Counted from the stretch's first letter, positions 13,296 to 25,929 are shown. The stretch is 64,000 nt of DNA from Epiperipatus broadwayi (GCA_028023455.1 JAQFVV010000006.1:5890001-5954000), one strand, 5' to 3'. The notes: a model not told the origin generated them from the letters alone. Program-made: numbers and translations.

Positions 13296-14105
13296 ATAGT
13301 TTAGCCACACTCTTGATGTTACTTCCATAACATCTACAGTGTCCAAATAATTGATGGCAAATGAACCACACCCACATCTCTATGTTAGTTTCTAAACTTT
13401 ATCAAGAAGAAGCTTTGGTGAATGCCAATAACCAAAAACTAGCCAGAAGATTTGGAAAATCACTAGTCTATTAAATACTTAAGCTCACTATAGATGACTC
13501 TGTAATAGAGTAAATAGAATGGATTGTCACTTTTCAAAGTAAGCTGGAAAAGTCATGTGGTGTTTTGTTTAATTTATTGAAACTTAATTTTAAAAATTAC
13601 TATTAATATTAAAAATTTAATGCAAAAAAAGAGTAGTCTTTCTCTGGCACCATCTTTAATCTGTTTGAGTAATTAATATTTATCAAATTATTCAGCTTTT
13701 AAATTTTCCATTTTTAAGACTATTTTTTTTTTGTTTTAGGAAGCATTAGGATTCAAATCTCAATTCAATGCAATTGTGCATCGATCAAACTAAAAATCTG
13801 AACTTTCAAAATATCTTAATATGGCTAGATATGTAATAGCATTGTATCCAGATTTGAATCCTAAGTTCTTACTGATAAAGACAAAAGCCAAGAATTTGGA
13901 AATAACTGACGATACTTTGTGATTGGTTATCACCCTTTGGCATTCAATATATTTAGGTATATCATAAGCATCTAGGATACAAAGTGTTAAAAGAATATGA
14001 TCTTGGCATAATTTGCATAACAAACCATTGTAATATCTTAAAATAATCACATTAACAAAGCATTGTAATCTCTTAAAATAATCATATTTAATAAAACATG
14101 CTCAC

Positions 14106-14383
14106 CCTTCCTTTGAAAATAAAAACTTCTCCTCGCACCATTGAGATTGCATCATAACTGCTGTCACATGTATCTGGTTTACCATCTTCTGGTTTCACTT
14201 TTGGTGGTGTTGTTGGCTTGGGAGTTGATGGTGGCTGTTTAGGTGGCTGTGGTTTGTGTGGAGGTTTGTGTGGTGGTTTATGTGGGGGTTTGGGTGGAGG
14301 TTTGGGTGGCTTTCCTTCAGGATAGGAGTCATATGGATCATCTCCTTCACCACCATCATGACTTCCTTCATATGGTCTTGATC
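14106..14383 (-). CDS. Mmp2: Matrix metalloproteinase, hinge exon plus start of the hemopexin domain
   Basis: 278-nt exon between ttatttcag| and |GTGAG. Starts in phase 1 and completes G|GA (Gly) with the 60811 exon. Translates (G)SRPYEGSHDGGEGDDPYDSYPEGKPPKPPPKPPHKPPHKPPHKPQPPKQPPSTPKPTTPPKVKPEDGKPDTCDSSYDAISMVRGEVFIFKGR; PDTC..YDAIS..RGE.FIFK is the first hemopexin blade. The track ORF 14195-14416 is the wrong frame of this exon. Confidence 0.93.
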
Positions 14384-15699
14384 CTGAAATAACAATATTC
14401 CATGTTTAATGAACATTTAGAAAAGCATTTGTAATTACTACTGTAATGAAAATAACTATGTCATGATCAATAAGCTTTACTAGTACATTATTGCATTTAG
14501 GTTTGAAAATAAGATATGATCATTCTTAATTTTTCAAAGTCTTTATCTTGTGGCGGGAATGAGCTTATCCACAAGCACATCCTTGCATCGAATATTGCAG
14601 ATTTTCATAGTACAGCACAAACAAGAAGGCATTATTATCTTCTAAATAAAAATAACTACGGTAAAAAAAATTGAGCATAGTTATATTTGCAATCATACTG
14701 TTCTTCACTTCTAATGAATACTGGGTCAATTAAATCAATATTTATAACAACAACTAAGAAGTAATATAACAATCACCAGAATGTAAAACCTATTATGGAA
14801 AAGAGAGGAAGACAAGAACCCAGGAACAACTAAGAAGTAATATAACAATCACCAGAATGTAAAGCAATACTACACTTATATGAACAATATCATGCAATCA
14901 AACAATTAACTGATCAGATATTTCATACATTGCCAATGAACTTGAAGAAATAAATACAAAAGATCACCTAATGTGAAATAAGATAGGAACTAACATCATA
15001 TAAAACAATAAGAAGCATGAAGATATAGATAACACAATTTTTAAGACCTCAATACAAAAAAAAAAAATCTTCAATACCCCTCCCCCCCTTCTATAAAAAT
15101 AAAAAAGAGAACTATTATTCACCTGATTAGGCAATTTTCTATGTGCTAAAGTCTTTAGTGGTCCTTTGTCTTTGCTTTACTCTCTAAGTTGCCCATTAGC
15201 TGACCAATAATGGCTGGTCAATTGAATTGATCATATGTCATCTACCTGAATTTAAAGATATCCTAAGCCAAATTAATACCTGATTAAAATTCAAGTTTAT
15301 CCAATCAGAGTTTAAGTTTGAGTTGTGAAATAAGCAGACTGTACTATTGTTTCTCTACAGACTCTCTATAATAAATATATATATATACACCTTTACTCTG
15401 CTTAGTACGAATAATTGATTTCCCAAAATTCACTGTAAAGCAAGAAGATTGTATAAAAAAGCAAAGAATTTTAATGGTTTTGTATGAGAAAAAATTTAAC
15501 TCATTTCTGCAGACACAAACTATACTATAAATTGTGAATATTGTTTTTTTTAAAAAAAAAAAACTCTCATGTACAATATATACATGTGTAAACTGGGCTA
15601 TGTGTATTATACAAATATGCACTTAAAACATGCATAAATATGCATGTATGTATGTAGGATAAAACAAGTTAAATCTATGTAGAAAGAAAGAACAGAGTT

Positions 15700-16150
15700 T
15701 TAAGTTGTTCTTTCTTATAATCTATCAATTCAGCACTCACCATCAACGAGTTTTTTGAATCATGAGTTTCTCATTCTACGGGACTATCAATGTCTTTTTA
15801 ATTCATTGACAATCTTGGTTTTTTGGAGAAGGTACACCAGGTTTTGGTGGCTGAGGTACTCTAGAGAAAAAGTTTAAAATTCGTCAAAAATACTGTTCAT
15901 GGCCTAATGAAATTAAATCAGTTCCTTCAATTTTTTGACGTCCAGATCATTTTATAGCTACTAGTTGAGTTTCTTTTCTCCATCCAGTTGCTATTAATTT
16001 TTCATTAGTTAATTCTTCCATGTGAGATCACAAAATCTCTCCAATGCTGTAATCATCAATCAATCTCTTATCATCATCTTTATCCAAAATGTTGATAAAA
16101 TGCTTGCATTAGTTGTTAAAGTTAGTAGATCTTGAAGTTTGGGATGATTC
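15700..16150 (-). mobile_element. Possible pogo/Tigger transposase C-terminal remnant
   Basis: Minus-strand traces SHMEELTNEKLI and RILNFFSRVPQPP resemble Tigger-like C-termini; heavily interrupted. Confidence 0.35.
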
Positions 16151-16872
16151 TTTGATCCATATGTTAAAGAAGGGATGTGATGTTTGGTGATATTATTTGC
16201 TGATATGATTCCAGTTGAGTGTCACTGTAATTTTTTTTAAAAAATGCAATATCATTAAAAAACAAGTGTAATTTCACTGTGTAGATGGACAGAAAAATGG
16301 ACTGAGAACAGGAGAGAGTAGACATGACAATTTTTGGCATTCTTCTGTAAAATTGTTAATGCTGGAAAAAAACTCACACTGAAGTTTCATTTTTTTAATG
16401 CATAGTTTTGTATTGTTTATGTGAGTTCATTTAGTATTTAAAAAGGAAGTGATTAACAATATCATACTTAACTCTATTGTTATGACAATGAAGACATTAT
16501 TTATTGACAGTGTAAGGATAGCCAAATTGTAGAACTGAATATTACCAAGCTAATTGGGCAGTTAAATTCGAAAAAAAAAAAATTCTAACATATAAAGAAA
16601 GAAAATATATACCTAACACATTCTGTATTTTCATATTGTAATTAATATTTCAGACTTTTTTACAGTAAATACTATGCAAATCTAAATAAACATAAATATG
16701 CTAGCTGTGGTCTTTTTTTAAGGCATGATTCATGATATATTTTCATGAAATGACCTAGAAATTTTTCAAATAATACAATATGTTTAGAGGCAGAAATATG
16801 GGCCATTTAAGTAAAAATTAAATGCATGAAACTCCAAGTTATTTGTATTTTATTTTCATCATATACAATTTA

Positions 16873-17136
16873 GGAGATTTGAACGCAGACTTTCACTCTA
16901 TCCAATATAACTGATACACATAACCACATACATGTGAAAAAAATAAATGATCTCCAACACACATATTTCATGCTGAACTAGCACTCATCAGTTGTTCTGG
17001 ATCATCATCTCCCACACAGATATGTACATATGTGGTCATGAGTATCAGTTATATTGGATAGAATGGATGACTTTAGGGAGCTTTAAAGTCTGGGTTCAAA
17101 TCCTCTTTAATTACATCTAGGTTAAGTATATATAAT
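16873..17136. mobile_element. Family B1 HHR element with inverted arms
   Basis: Reverse arm 16873-17010 includes a decayed HHR (CTGATGA GTGCT..AGCAT GAAA). The forward arm ends in aaagtctgggttcaaatcc plus a tail ending tatataataaac. Confidence 0.8.
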
Positions 17137-17716
17137 AAACATCATGACCACCACTTCTTATGCTTGCATATAACTGTTGTTAAAACAGGCAATGGATCAT
17201 TGATTACTCTAGCTTACTGTGTGTAGCAATACGCATAATGACTTTTGCTTGTTTTAACAACAGTTATACACAAGCATAAGAAGTGGTGGTCATGTGATGT
17301 TTATTGGCTTAAAACCAATTCTGCCTAATAGGATAGTGATGGCTATGATTATTAAAGAATCAAAGACACCAAAATGTATGGGTACTGAACTGAGTTCAGA
17401 CCCATATGAATATATAAGCTAATGGGCTTGGATTGAAAACATTAAGGTGTTTTCAGTTTAAGACTTGTAGCTTTGTAATTAAATGGAGATAAAAGGTGGC
17501 TGCTGGAGGGTTGCATTAAATCCTAAGAATCTAGGTGCAGTGCTTTCAGATCCAAGGCTCCTCACTGACAAAGGCCACAAGCCAGAAACTAGTCTGGGGA
17601 TATTGGATGAGTAGGCACTAGATGGGGATTTTATGCACAAGCCTTCTGGCATCCATTAATTACTCTAGCTTACTGTGTGTGTGTCAATACGTATAGTGAG
17701 TTTTGCCTGTTTTAAG
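17137..17716 (+). mobile_element. Family A HHR element: short inverted arm plus 1.1 monomers (period 456 bp)
   Basis: Inverted arm 17137-17192; direct repeats attgattactctagcttactgtgtgt at 17199 and 17655; HHR at 17559-17600 with core CTGACAA. Confidence 0.9.
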
Positions 17717-18304
17717 TATATACATTATACTTGTATTTCAATATTAAATGTGTAATATTTGAAATCATTTTTCTCATTTCTTTTAAATAAATTTGCGATA
17801 ATAGCAGTTTTGATTTAACTAAAATTAAAATTAATAAAAGTTTTAATTTAAAATTTCTCAACTAAATATTTAAGCTAATATGTATACAATAGATAATTTA
17901 AAATTAATTACTAATAATATGTGAACAAAATTTATTTTTATATTTATGGTAAATGAAATTAAATTTGTATTTTTTTTTCGGTACTATAATTTTTCAATTT
18001 GTGATAGCTTCACAATTATCTTGAATATGTCTGAAATAAACTATGAGATTATGAATTAAAATTTGGCAAGTAAATATTATTTTTATATTAGATTTAACAA
18101 CTTTCAATCATATAAAGTTGATTATTAATTGCATAATTCATGAAATCATTTTCACCCCCCCTCCTTTTGTTTTAACTGAAAATATTTTAGATTTATGATG
18201 TACAGTTTTAATTTGACTGAGCAGTTTTAATTCTAAATGAGTTGACTAAATATTTTAGATAATATAGTGCCCAATTTAAATTATTAAAAGTATAGTATAG
18301 ATGG

Positions 18305-18504
18305 ACAACTGAAATTTTAAACTGGATTCCAAGAGATTGTAAAAGACCCAGAAAGAGGCCACATGTGAGATGGATGGATGAAATAAGAAAATGTGCAGGG
18401 GTGTTGTGGAGAAGAGAAGCTAAAGATCGGAGAAGATGGATTAAACTTGGAGAGACCTTCATCCTGCAGTGGATTGATAATGGTTGATGATGATGATGAT
18501 GATG
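18305..18504 (+). mobile_element. RTE-clade LINE 3' end with (GAT)n tail
   Basis: ..KRPRKRPHVRWMDEIRK..W.REAKDRRRWIKLGETFILQWID*, followed by a (GAT)n tail; the same family occurs inverted at 36845-37150. Confidence 0.85.
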
Positions 18505-19584
18505 CAATTAAAATTTATTTTTAGTTTCATGTCAAATAAAATTTGTATTTCAATTTTCAGCAATAAATCTTTTTACTTTTGTGATATCTGCTTTGAGTTG
18601 TACATCTCTGAAACAAATTTTAATATTATTCCTTAAAATTAAGCAAATACTGTACAAATGATTATTAATTGCAGAATTCATGAAATCATTTTTTTTCAAA
18701 GACATTTGGTTGTTGTACATCATCAATATAGGCTTTTGTTTCATTTATTGAAACTTTTGATTATTTATTAAACAGAATGAGATACTTTTTTTATTTCTGT
18801 AGTCATCAAATTTTATTTTAGATATGTCAATGAAGAATTTATTGATTATCTTTCAAGAACACTGGATGAAAATTAAATGAAGTTCTATACATAATTCATA
18901 TTTTAATTTTATAATCAAAATACTGTAATATTGTATACCGTCCATGTATAATAAATGAACTCTGTATTATAGATCTTTAGCATGAATGTCACCCTTTTTT
19001 CTGAATGACATAAAGTCACTATCCTATGAAGTCATCAATCTTACAACATGGCCACTATTTCAAAATGGTGGCTGATATCTCAAAATGGCAGTTTTAAAAC
19101 AAATTTGATTTTTTTTTACAACTGTTATAGCAAAAATCTTTATAAATCAAACTATGAATTCCTTGCATACAGGTCTGCTACTAAGTGATGTCTAGGTATA
19201 TATGTAAACAATTATGTTTGGTCAAACTTTACAAATAAAGATTTATTTAAAAATTTAATTATAGATATAAATAATAACGACAAATTTCAAAAAAATGAAT
19301 TGGAAACAAACAATATAATGTTTATATAAACTACATTTATAATCAAATCGTCGATCTTTGCACTAAATAATAACTGACCCTCTCTAGTGTTTCTTTCACC
19401 TTGTGTATGTTTTCACTCTTACATAACAGCAAATTATGTGGCTGATAACTGTTAATTCATTCATATTGCTTCTTTTTTATGTAAAAGCAAACTATATGTA
19501 AGATAAAATAAATATTGCTCTCTCTCATGGACAATTTGAAAAATAATATTCAAAATTTTATTTTAATTATAAGTTTTACATGGA

Positions 19585-19918
19585 TAATAAGAGTACCAAA
19601 TTCTCCATACAGTAGTGCCACCAAGAGTAAGCTTTCATAATCAATGAATGCAGGAAGGTTTATGCATAAAATCCCTATATATTCCTAAGATCCAGGTGCA
19701 ATGCTGTCAAATCCAAGGCCTTCACTAATGAAAGCAACAAGCTAGAAACTATTCTGGAGATGTTAGATGAGTAGACACTAAATAGGTATTTTATGCACAA
19801 ACCTCCCTGCATCCATTGATTATGAAGGCTTGCACTAGGCGGCACTACTGTATGGAGAGTTTGGTACTCTTATTAACAGCATGTGTAAGTATATGAAATG
19901 GCGATCATGTGAAATTTT
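19585..19918 (+). mobile_element. Family A HHR element with inverted left arm
   Basis: Reverse arm 19585-19680 and forward arm 19681-19918 ending gatcatgtgaaatttt; core decayed to CTAATGA. Confidence 0.85.
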
Positions 19919-20339
19919 GCATATATACAAAGACTTATTAGAAAATGTTTAAAGTTTTAATAAAGCAAGATGGGGGTTCAAAAAAAGTTCTTATTCCAGT
20001 ATGTAGGAAAGTTACAAATGATGAAAGATAGTAAACAAAATGCAGGCAGCTGTTGTTTTTATTATTAAATGCTTTTATTAAAATTAAACATTCTGTTTAT
20101 TTGTTTGTTTATCTAGGCAAAATTTTGAAAATCAAGGTTTAATATATTTCAAATATAATTCCTTTAAAGTTTGTATATATATGTGTTATAAATCAATGAT
20201 AATGCAATATGGATAATTAAGTATTTGGGGTAGTTTCCTTGGTTTCTTTACAGTAGAAGGGTTGTAAATTGAATTTCAAATATGTTAATATCAGTTTGAT
20301 AAGTTTTCAGTTATGTGCACAAGAGGGCAGTATACATAT

Positions 20340-20870
20340 CTTTTTAAAAAGTAAAGAGTTTAAATATATATAGAAGTAAACATAATATTGGGTGTGAGTT
20401 AATTTATGATAATAATAAGGAAAATAGTTTATTGTTTAAGGCTCAAACGGGATTATTAGCAACAAGAAAATATACACATATATCGAGAAATGTGGGTAAT
20501 TTAGTCTGCAAGTTATGTAAAAAAGGCATAGAAAATATTAGGCATGTGCTAATTGAATGTAAATACTTACAGGGTACAAATAATTAAATTGTGGGAGAAT
20601 AATTATAAACAAAGTAATTATACAGAAAGTGGGTTCTTGGTTTTCATGGTGGGTTTGGGAAAAGAGGAGGGATCTAGATATAAAGGCCATAAAATGGACA
20701 AAGATCATGCTGTGGAAATGGGATAGAAAAAAATATGCGAAAAACAGGGGGGGTGTGGAAAGGGAAGGTGGCTAAAAGGTGTCTCTGGGCATAGTGGCTG
20801 AGATTCCTGACTTTGATAAAGGAGAAACCATACCACATTGCATCACAAAAAAAGCTGACATTTTCTCTTG
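20340..20870 (+). mobile_element. Non-LTR retrotransposon 3' end (CCHC zinc knuckle plus 3' UTR)
   Basis: Traces of ..LVCKLCKKGIENIRHVLIEC; the 3' UTR ctctgggcatagtggctgaga.tcctgac is shared with 37515-38260, 41480-41552 and 46060-47265. Confidence 0.8.
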
Positions 20871-21084
20871 GCTGTAAAAATTGATTTTTTAAAAATGCTT
20901 TCAAAATAAATAAATGAATATTGTAAACAATCTTTATTATGCATGATTTTATTTTCAAGTATTAAACAGATTGTGATATTTGGAATAATGTAAAACATAT
21001 CTAAATGCTAAAAACTCAAAAATAATATATATCTAAAATATTTTATAATAAGCACTTTTATTTACTATGAATTAAAAAACCTTA

Positions 21085-21277
21085 AAATAATTGTTTTCTC
21101 AATCACAACTGGGGTATTAATATTTAACTTGAAATAAAAGTGTGGGGTGTGTAGAAAGTAATTAATTCAATTTCTATTACAATAAATGATTGAATTAATT
21201 AATTTTTGGATACTCCACATTTTTACTTCATGTTAAATATTAAAAACCCAATTACAGTTGAAGAAACAATTATTTTT
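21085..21277. repeat. Imperfect inverted repeat with about 90-bp arms (MITE-like)
   Basis: aaaataattgttttctcaat...gtaattaattcaat pairs with attgaattaattaa...gttgaagaaacaattatttt. Confidence 0.6.
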
Positions 21278-21399
21278 GTAAGCATTTTAATCCACAATAA
21301 ATAAAAGTGTTTGTTATAAATTATATATATATTAATAAAATCAAGTCATATGTCACATGACTTACAGACATCGCATTTACAAAGCTTTTTATAATGATA

Positions 21400-21483
21400 A
21401 ATGCTACAAGAGAAAGCATTCAAATCATCTTTAGCTAGGATTGTCCCCATTCCAGATCGGTTTCGAGCTATGGCTCTCTTCAT
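21400..21483 (-). mobile_element. Family G: PLE-type 3' end with a hammerhead remnant
   Basis: Minus strand reads aTGAAGA GAGC cata GCTC GAAAC CG ATC tggaatgggg, with a perfect 4-bp stem II; C3 and the 5' strand of stem I are lost against a (TA)n run. Confidence 0.6.
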
Positions 21484-22479
21484 TTATATATATATATTAT
21501 TAATAACATTTATATTACATATAAAGATGATGAAAATATAATATAGTTTTTTTTTACTATGGGGAAATTCATCCTTTTTATTTCAAGACTTTTATTGATG
21601 TTTTCTACTTTTAATGGTTTGAATGAATTGAATTCTTCCTTAGATGTTATTATCAGAAATAGAAAATAATTTGAAATAACCAGAAACACCAAACAGCTAT
21701 ATATACATTACTGTTGGTAAATCATGAGATTTATTTTATGAGAATAACAAATATGAATCTAATAATAAAAAAGTTATAATTATGAGAGAGAAGGTGAAAG
21801 GACAAATTGATATTAAGATCCTGTCTTGATCTACAAACTCAACTATTGAATATAAATGAAGTTTGGAGCCTTTTTTTAAGAAGGTGGTTGAGAAATTCCT
21901 CAACAAATTTGAAAATTAGATTTATGGCTTATAATCTTTTTAGATAATTATCTGATTGTGATTCTATGGGCATTAAATTAGTGACAAAAACATATATTAT
22001 AAATTTTACTAGTGGTAAGAAGATAATTATATATCTGTGAGCCTATAAAGTAAAAAGTGTAAAGGTAAGCCATGGATTCAGTGGAGTGACTTCTCCCATG
22101 CCTGTAATTCAGACTGACCCATTTTACAAAGGTGTTACTCTGGTACATATTCATCAATCTATGTTAGTTATGGATCTTCATCCTCTATCTCATGACTCAC
22201 TTTCATCTTTATATCCATGAAAGGGATGAACAAGGCACAAAAATTTTCCAAACATATTTTGATGATCCAAAAGCTGATTTTTCCAACAGAAGTTTAGACT
22301 AATAATGATAATCACATGACTGATTGTGCAGGAGTTCATAAGAAGTTCCATATACTGGAAGTGGCAGAGCTGGAATTAAGATCCATGGGGCATGCACTTT
22401 GGAATTTACCATTCTTCCATTGTATTAAACAATGCAGGGGGTTCATATTAATAACATTTCATGACAATCAATTGTGAGG

Positions 22480-23490
22480 TGAATGCTAAATAAAAATTAT
22501 CAATATACTTCCACTAAGAAATTCATGTCAAAGTTGTGAATGCAGCAACTTTGACGCTTATCAATTAAACTGTAGTAATTTCATATCTATATATACACAA
22601 CAATGATAAATATATGTGGAAGAAATTGTAATCTAGGCCAACTGATGATTTCTGGTTCAGCATGAAATGTGCATTTTGGAGGTCATACATCTTTTACACG
22701 TTTTTGGTCATATGTTAATGATTACACTCCTCCATAAGGTGTTAAAAGTGGATACAAGCCAGTCCTATCTTGCATGAGTAGTGAAAATTAGACTACAGAA
22801 ATATTATCCATTTAGTGGATAATCTCTAGTCTAATGAATGACTAATAAAAACTATTAATATATTTTCATCGTTGTTTGTGTCAAAGCTGTGAGGGCAGTA
22901 AGTTTGATTCATCAATTAAACTGTAATAATTCCCTATCTATACATATTGAGCACTGATAAAGATATGTGAAAGAGATTATGACTGGGCCAACTGATGAGT
23001 GCTGATTCAGCATGAAATATGTATCTTGGGGGTCATACATCTCTTTCATATGTCTTTGGTCATATTCTTTTGATTGCCTCTCCACAAGGTATTAAAAGTG
23101 AATAGAAGCCAGTCACTACTTTGCCTGAAAGTGGTGTAATGAAAATTGCACTACAGAAATATTATCCATTAAGTGTATAATCTCTAGTCTAATGAATGAC
23201 TAATAAAAACTAGTAATATACTTCCATCAAGTGGTTTGTGTCAAAGTTGTGAGGACAATAAGTTTGACACTTATCAATAAAACTATAGTAATTCTCTATC
23301 TATATATACTGAACAATGATAAAGATATGTGTAAGTAATTGTGATTTGGATCAAGTGATGATTGCTGATTAAACATGAAATGTGCATCTTAGGTATCATA
23401 TATTTTTTATACATGTCATATGTTTATGATTACACCCCTCCACAAGGTATTAAAAGATGATAGTAAACACTCCCTATCTTGCATAAGAAT
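22480..23490 (+). mobile_element. Family B2 tandem trimer of HHR-containing monomers (periods 350 and 363 bp)
   Basis: HHR cores at 22642, 22992 and 23355; the surrounding unit sequence (..ttatcaattaaactgtagtaatt.., ..ataatctctagtctaatgaatgactaataaaaact..) repeats in register. Confidence 0.9.
22988..23029 (+). ncRNA. Minimal type I hammerhead ribozyme motif (family B2), intact core
   Basis: CCAA / CTGATGA / GTGCTG-att-CAGCAT / GAAA-T-atgt-ATC / TTGG; predicted cut after C23025. Confidence 0.7.
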
Positions 23491-23904
23491 GATATTATTC
23501 ATTATGAAGTAAGAGATGTTTTTTTTTTTTTTATAAGTTACTCTTTTTTTTTTCATTCAAAGCTGGATTTACAAATGGGCTGAAAAGTTTGCAACTCATA
23601 TTACCATAATTTAGGGGATTTTGATCTATGAAAAATTATTTCATTTGTAAATGTCAAATCAAAGTATAAGTATTGTACATTAACTATTTTTTAAAAAGGA
23701 TTCAATTAATAAATTGCATACATATTTGTAACAAACCTATTAGTGCAAAAAAGAAACACTATATTGGTTACATGAATATCATATAATGATTGTTGATATA
23801 ATGCAGATTTTACAATATCAATAGTGGTTAAATGGTTCCCACAAAGCATTCTTCTAATAATGCTTTTTACTGTTTTAAAAAATTATGCAATGTATGATAA
23901 TAAT

Positions 23905-24425
23905 TTTTATTAGTCATTCACTAGATTAGAGATTATCTATTTAATGAAAAATATTTCTGTAGTATAATTTTCACTACATCACTCTCAATCAACACCTTGG
24001 GGAGAGATGTAATCAAACATGATCAAAGATATATAAAAATGATATATGATTCCCAAGATGCACATTTACGTTAAACAAGCACTCATCAGTTGGCCTAGAC
24101 TACCTCTTACACATCTTTATCATTGTTCAGTATACAGAGATAGGAAATTAATACAGTTTAATTGATAAGGGTCAAATGTGCTGATCTCACAACTTTGACC
24201 ATGAACCACTTAATTGAAGTATATTAATAGTTTTTTTATTAGTCATTAATTAAACTAGAGATTATCTACTTAATAAATAATATTTCACTACATCACTCTT
24301 ATGCAAGATAGGGTGTGGTTTCTATCTGCTTTTAACAACCTGTGAAGGAATGTAATCATAAACATATAACCAAAGATATGTGAAAATATATGATACCCAT
24401 GATGCACATTTCATGCTGAAGTAAA
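23905..24425 (-). mobile_element. Family B2, about 1.5 monomers in inverted orientation
   Basis: Reverse complement of the 22480-23490 unit; HHR remnants near 24060-24105 and 24395-24420. Confidence 0.85.
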
Positions 24426-24479
24426 CAGTTTTTTCGAAAAAATAATAAATTCTCCTTTTGAAAATATTACTGGGAGATT

Positions 24480-24900
24480 TCATAGCCCCTGCAGCCATGG
24501 GGTTTACACAATTTAAATCCACTTTTGTTGCTAATCAAAGTGATATAAACGTAACTATAGCAGCAAAAGAAATGATCCTTTGAAGTATGGTGCTGGTGAA
24601 AAGTTGTAAAAGCTCCATGGCCAGCAAGGAAAATGCACAAATGGACAAGTAATTGGATTAGACATTAACTCTTTTGTAAAGTATAAATGATTAGATTAAG
24701 TTTGTTCTATTTTGATCACAACATGAAGCAATCTAATTCATCAGATAAATACATTGTGCTAGACCACGAGGGCAACCAGTAGTGAGGTGGTATCATTATA
24801 ATAGTAAATGTGCTTTTAAGCCAGCCTGCAAACAAACAACCCGATGTTATTTCAATATAAAAAAGTGTTATTCGTATGATTATCAGGAGTCGATGTTGAT
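24480..24900 (+). mobile_element. RTE-clade LINE C-terminal remnant
   Basis: tttgaagtatggtgctggtgaaaagttg..ccatgg resembles FEMWCWRR.L..PW, and agaccacgagggcaaccag..aggtgg resembles RPRGRP..RW. Confidence 0.6.
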
Positions 24901-25724
24901 CTGGTAACACTTTAAAAATAATCTATATATATATGCTACAGCTAGGAATTACTATTACAATTAGTTTATTTCATATACGTACAGACTAGAAGTGTAAAAA
25001 ATTTGATTATTATTAATAAAAAAAGTTGAATATCTTTTTTTTTCATTGCGTGTTTAAACAATTTTATTTGGTATTTGAATTTATTAATAGATTACGCAAA
25101 ACCTTGGAGCAGGTTTATATAAAAATTTATTTGATTTGCTCTTATAAAAATATTGAATAATTTCATTTATTAATAGTATTAATGAAAAAAATAAATATAA
25201 AATATTGTAAAATATGACAGCTAGAGAAAAAAAAAGCAATAAAAAATGAAAATATTTTGAAGGAAATTCTTATCAAAGTCAAGAGAAGTCTTCTTAAAAA
25301 AAATTATTTTAATATTATGCTATTTTCCACCCTGAAAACTTTTCATTCACAATGCTTTCCTAAATATCAACTGGGAAAAGTTATTACAGTTCAGCAAGGA
25401 ACCACTAGGGAGCATCACCGAAACTGGAATTGAAAAATTGCTACGAGTAACAAAAAATGGCACTAGTCAACTGTGAAATAAGAATACCAAATTTTGTTAA
25501 AAGTCATAAAGAGATATTCACAGCACAGATTTCTTTCGGTTCTTGATATACGATGACATTTTCAGGAAAAAATTGAATGAAAGATAATAAATGAGCCGAA
25601 AAATAAAGCTTTTAAATCAAATAAATGTCCAAAAGTTATATAACTGAATTAATAAAAATAATCCTAACAATGTCACATGAATTTATCATAAGCTTAATGA
25701 TATACATTCATGATTAATTATTTT

Positions 25725-25850
25725 TACCCTACACTAGAGTCATCTAGAGTAAGCTTGAGGAATCGGTAGATAACTATAATATCCCCATCTTTAGATTAGT
25801 TTTTGTCTCCGTCAGTGAAAAGTAAGGTTCAAAATTGCAATTAGTGCAAA
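25725..25850 (-). mobile_element. Family F (family A-related) fragment with an HHR trace
   Basis: Plus strand ctacactagagtcatctagagtaagcttgag matches the 47768-48190 unit; minus strand reads ttttcaCTGACGgagacAAAACtaatctaaaga. Confidence 0.5.
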
Positions 25851-25929
25851 AATCATCTAGCACCTACCTTTCATTTTTCATAATATTAGACCCAACATTC
25901 TTAAATTAAAAAAAAAAAAACTTTAATAT

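Noticed and set aside
1-14105. Downstream hemopexin exons of the MMP
   Set aside because: I searched for YFWR / GYP / IDA / YW-type exons on the minus strand, including 4680-4930, 6667-6921, 8780-9040, 10097-10460, 11130-11270 and 13790-14050. None gave an open, hemopexin-like frame, so they probably lie left of the window.
14195-14416. His/Pro/Asn-rich 73-aa ORF
   Set aside because: Wrong reading frame of the MMP hinge exon.
14749-14863. 39-bp direct repeat with a spacer of about 37 bp (CRISPR-like spacing)
   Set aside because: Only two units, not palindromic, and embedded in probable decayed LINE sequence: a simple local duplication.
22480-23490. CRISPR-like or satellite interpretation of the regularly spaced repeats
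   Set aside because: Units are 350-363 bp, homologous along their whole length with no unique spacers, and the context is a eukaryotic intron.
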